Source: an uncultured Ignavibacteria bacterium (GTDB lineage: Bacteria > Zixibacteria > MSB-5A5 > SM1-73). Taken from it: a stretch of 49,512 bases of DNA. The notes beneath the pieces were generated by a model. That model made no database searches. It had not been told where the DNA came from and saw nothing but the letters and a program-made list of their open reading frames with translations. The stretch is taken from contig CAZWAO010000001.1 in NCBI GenBank assembly GCA_964631815.1, positions 1 to 49,512 on the forward strand, in the 5' to 3' direction. Position numbers and translations under genes: made by a program. This document shows, piece after piece, positions 47,960-49,512 of the stretch (position 1 is the stretch's first letter; each line of letters starts with the position of its first letter).

Positions 47960-49512
47960 TCACCTGGGCGGGCTACCCGGAGCCGGTCCTGCTTTGAACA
48001 GGTAGTTCAGCAGGTAGATGGCATCGCCCATGTCCACCACGTCGTCTAAGTTCACGTCTCCGCAAAGGGTGATGGGCTGGCACGCCGGAGCGTCACCGTA
48101 CTTATACAGATAGTTCAGGATATAGATGGCGTCTCCGATGTCGACCAAGCCATCGCCGTCGGCATCGCCGCAGTTGGCGATGGGCGAAAATCCGGTGACC
48201 TGAATATCGTCGATGTTCCAACCGAAGGACTGCCACCCGCCGTCGGAGGTACCCATGGTCCATCTCAGATAAACCGTCGGTTGGTCATCCGCCAGCGAGG
48301 AGATGTCCAAGTCCATCTCGTGCCAGGCGTCGTCCACGATCTGATCGGGATTCTCCCAGACAGTGGTGAAGTTGATTCCGTCGGAGCTTACCCGAACCGA
48401 GGCATGATCGAAATCGGGGTCCTCTACTCCCAGCCAACGCCAGAATTTCAGATGTACGTTGAACAAACCGGTCAAGTCCAGAGCTCCGCTGGTCAGATGC
48501 TTCTCCGTCATGTTCTTGGGATAATCTCCCGAAAGGTTGTAACCATAGACATTGGTGCCGGTATAACCGCTGGTGGGATCCTGACCGTTGGCGCCTCCGC
48601 CCGTGGGCTGACCGAAAGCCCAATCCGGCTGAGCTGTCCAACCGGGATCGGTGTCTAAGGTCCATTGGTATGCCGCCGTGGGCGTCCCCACCGTCAGCAT
48701 CACCTGGCGGCTGTCGTCGCCCGCATGATCGGTCAGGTTGGTGAAATAGACGGTGGCGAAGTAAGCACCTTGCTGCAGAGTGGCTGCGTTGGCATTGATC
48801 TCCACGTTCACCTGGCCCGTCTCGTACACGTCCAGGGAGCCGGATACGTCGCCGGAGAGTGTAATCCAATCCGCATCCGCGGTGATCTCATAGCTCATGG
48901 TGACCGCGTTTTTATTCTCGAAGGTGTAAGGGCTGCTGGAGGGAGAGAACGGACCTCCCACCGGGCCTTCCGATTTGAAGTCGTCCTCGGGATCAACCCG
49001 CACGCCCCGATCCACGGTCAACGCCTTCATGCAGAAATTGGCCGTGCCGGTCCAAGGGGGATCGCTGAAGTCATGAAGATCCAGCCATGCGCCGCCCTGG
49101 CGATAGTAGCTCTCTCCGGGCCGGGCAAAGGACTCGACTATGGTGCGGTAGTGCGCTCCCAAAAGCACCGGAACGTCGGAAGTGCGATCATAGGGCTGTC
49201 CGCCGTCCGAAAGATACAGGTAGACGTAGAAGTCGTCGCCGGAGCTTAAGGCCACCGGAGTATCCAGGTCGATGGTGTGAAATCCGGTATATTGAATGGT
49301 TCCCGACTTGGTGGACAGCTCGTCTAAAAGCTCCCCTCCCTCGAAACGATCGTAGATCTCGACAGTGTAGCTGACGTTATCTGCCGCCACGAAGAAGCTT
49401 ACGGCCTGAAGCAGCTCATCGCTGCCCGCCTCGAACGCGTTGAAGGCCTCCGAGCAATCCTCTTTGGTGTCCCGCCATCCGTGGTAGTCGTGGAAGTAAA
49501 CGTGCTCGTATC
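47960..49512 (-). CDS. C1 cysteine peptidase paralogue (C-terminal ~517 aa in the window; the catalytic N-terminus is off the window end) with a class 2 dockerin
   Basis: The reading frame stays open past ORF-track ATG 49390 to the window edge: ..[47 protein letters not shown].. parallels [40 protein letters not shown] in the neighbour. A MAM/ConA-like region and a dockerin follow. Confidence 0.88.
   Translation of the reverse strand, partial: YEHVYFHDYHGWRDTKEDCSEAFNAFEAGSDELLQAVSFFVAADNVSYTVEIYDRFEGGELLDELSTKSGTIQYTGFHTIDLDTPVALSSGDDFYVYLYLSDGGQPYDRTSDVPVLLGAHYRTIVESFARPGESYYRQGGAWLDLHDFSDPPWTGTANFCMKALTVDRGVRVDPEDDFKSEGPVGGPFSPSSSPYTFENKNAVTMSYEITADADWITLSGDVSGSLDVYETGQVNVEINANAATLQQGAYFATVYFTNLTDHAGDDSRQVMLTVGTPTAAYQWTLDTDPGWTAQPDWAFGQPTGGGANGQDPTSGYTGTNVYGYNLSGDYPKNMTEKHLTSGALDLTGLFNVHLKFWRWLGVEDPDFDHASVRVSSDGINFTTVWENPDQIVDDAWHEMDLDISSLADDQPTVYLRWTMGTSDGGWQSFGWNIDDIQVTGFSPIANCGDADGDGLVDIGDAIYILNYLYKYGDAPACQPITLCGDVNLDDVVDMGDAIYLLNYLFKAGPAPGSPPR
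47963..48172 (-). other. Dockerin-type module (class 2, Cys-bracketed)
   Basis: [70 protein letters not shown]. Confidence 0.8.

Noticed and set aside
1-49512. Searched by eye for tRNA, rRNA, tmRNA, RNase P and SRP RNA signatures, and for transposase or integrase genes
   Set aside because: No conserved signature strings (for example GGTTCGAATCC T-loops within cloverleaf context, GAGGAAAGTCC, or GGAAGCAGCC) and no recombinase-like ORFs were found. An Rfam or tRNAscan run would be needed to be definitive.

Overview
The window holds about 45 genes from a moderately GC-rich bacterium. AbfD, Hbd, AckA and NfnAB give it an anaerobic, fermentative signature. No rRNA, tRNA, CRISPR array, transposase or integrase was recognisable by eye.

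Layout:
- 1-2.3 kb, minus strand: partial scpA, trpS and a small HNH endonuclease.
- 3-14.5 kb, plus strand, housekeeping: two membrane or secreted proteins of unknown function, a divergent class I/II aminotransferase-like gene, folB-folK, a deoxynucleoside kinase, panB-panC-panD, a GlmU-N-terminal-only nucleotidyltransferase, rsfS and rho (with a long leader).
- 14.9-24.4 kb: an accessory island of secreted proteins. It encodes a 996-aa double beta-propeller protein, an M6 metalloprotease and a Cys-rich enzyme-like protein. These are interleaved with a DUF169 protein and a DUF2207 membrane protein.
- 24.7-37.7 kb, minus strand: GyrI-like protein, ABC-F ATPase, and a Bat-like MoxR/DUF58/vWA/TPR set interrupted by endonuclease IV and a ZnuABC-type metal transporter.
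- 38.3-45 kb: abfD divergent from hbd-ackA-lipoprotein, then nfnA-nfnB.
- 45.1 kb to the window end: two tandem papain-family (C1) peptidase paralogues.

The most interesting signal is a C-terminal dockerin-type double Ca-binding module. Six copies occur in this window. Five are attached to proteases or adhesin-like cargo rather than carbohydrate-active enzymes, and one is an orphan ORF with no signal peptide. They fall into two sequence subclasses with conserved cysteines. This suggests a cohesin-dockerin-like surface assembly devoted to proteolysis, with the scaffoldin partner not visible here.

The second signal is a family of perfect-hairpin repeat elements. An 81-84 bp double hairpin brackets one dockerin gene, a solo copy lies after trpS, and clusters of strong palindromes sit in two convergent intergenic regions.

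Several sigma70-type promoters (TTGnnn-N16-18-TATATT or TATAAT) and intrinsic terminators are readable.
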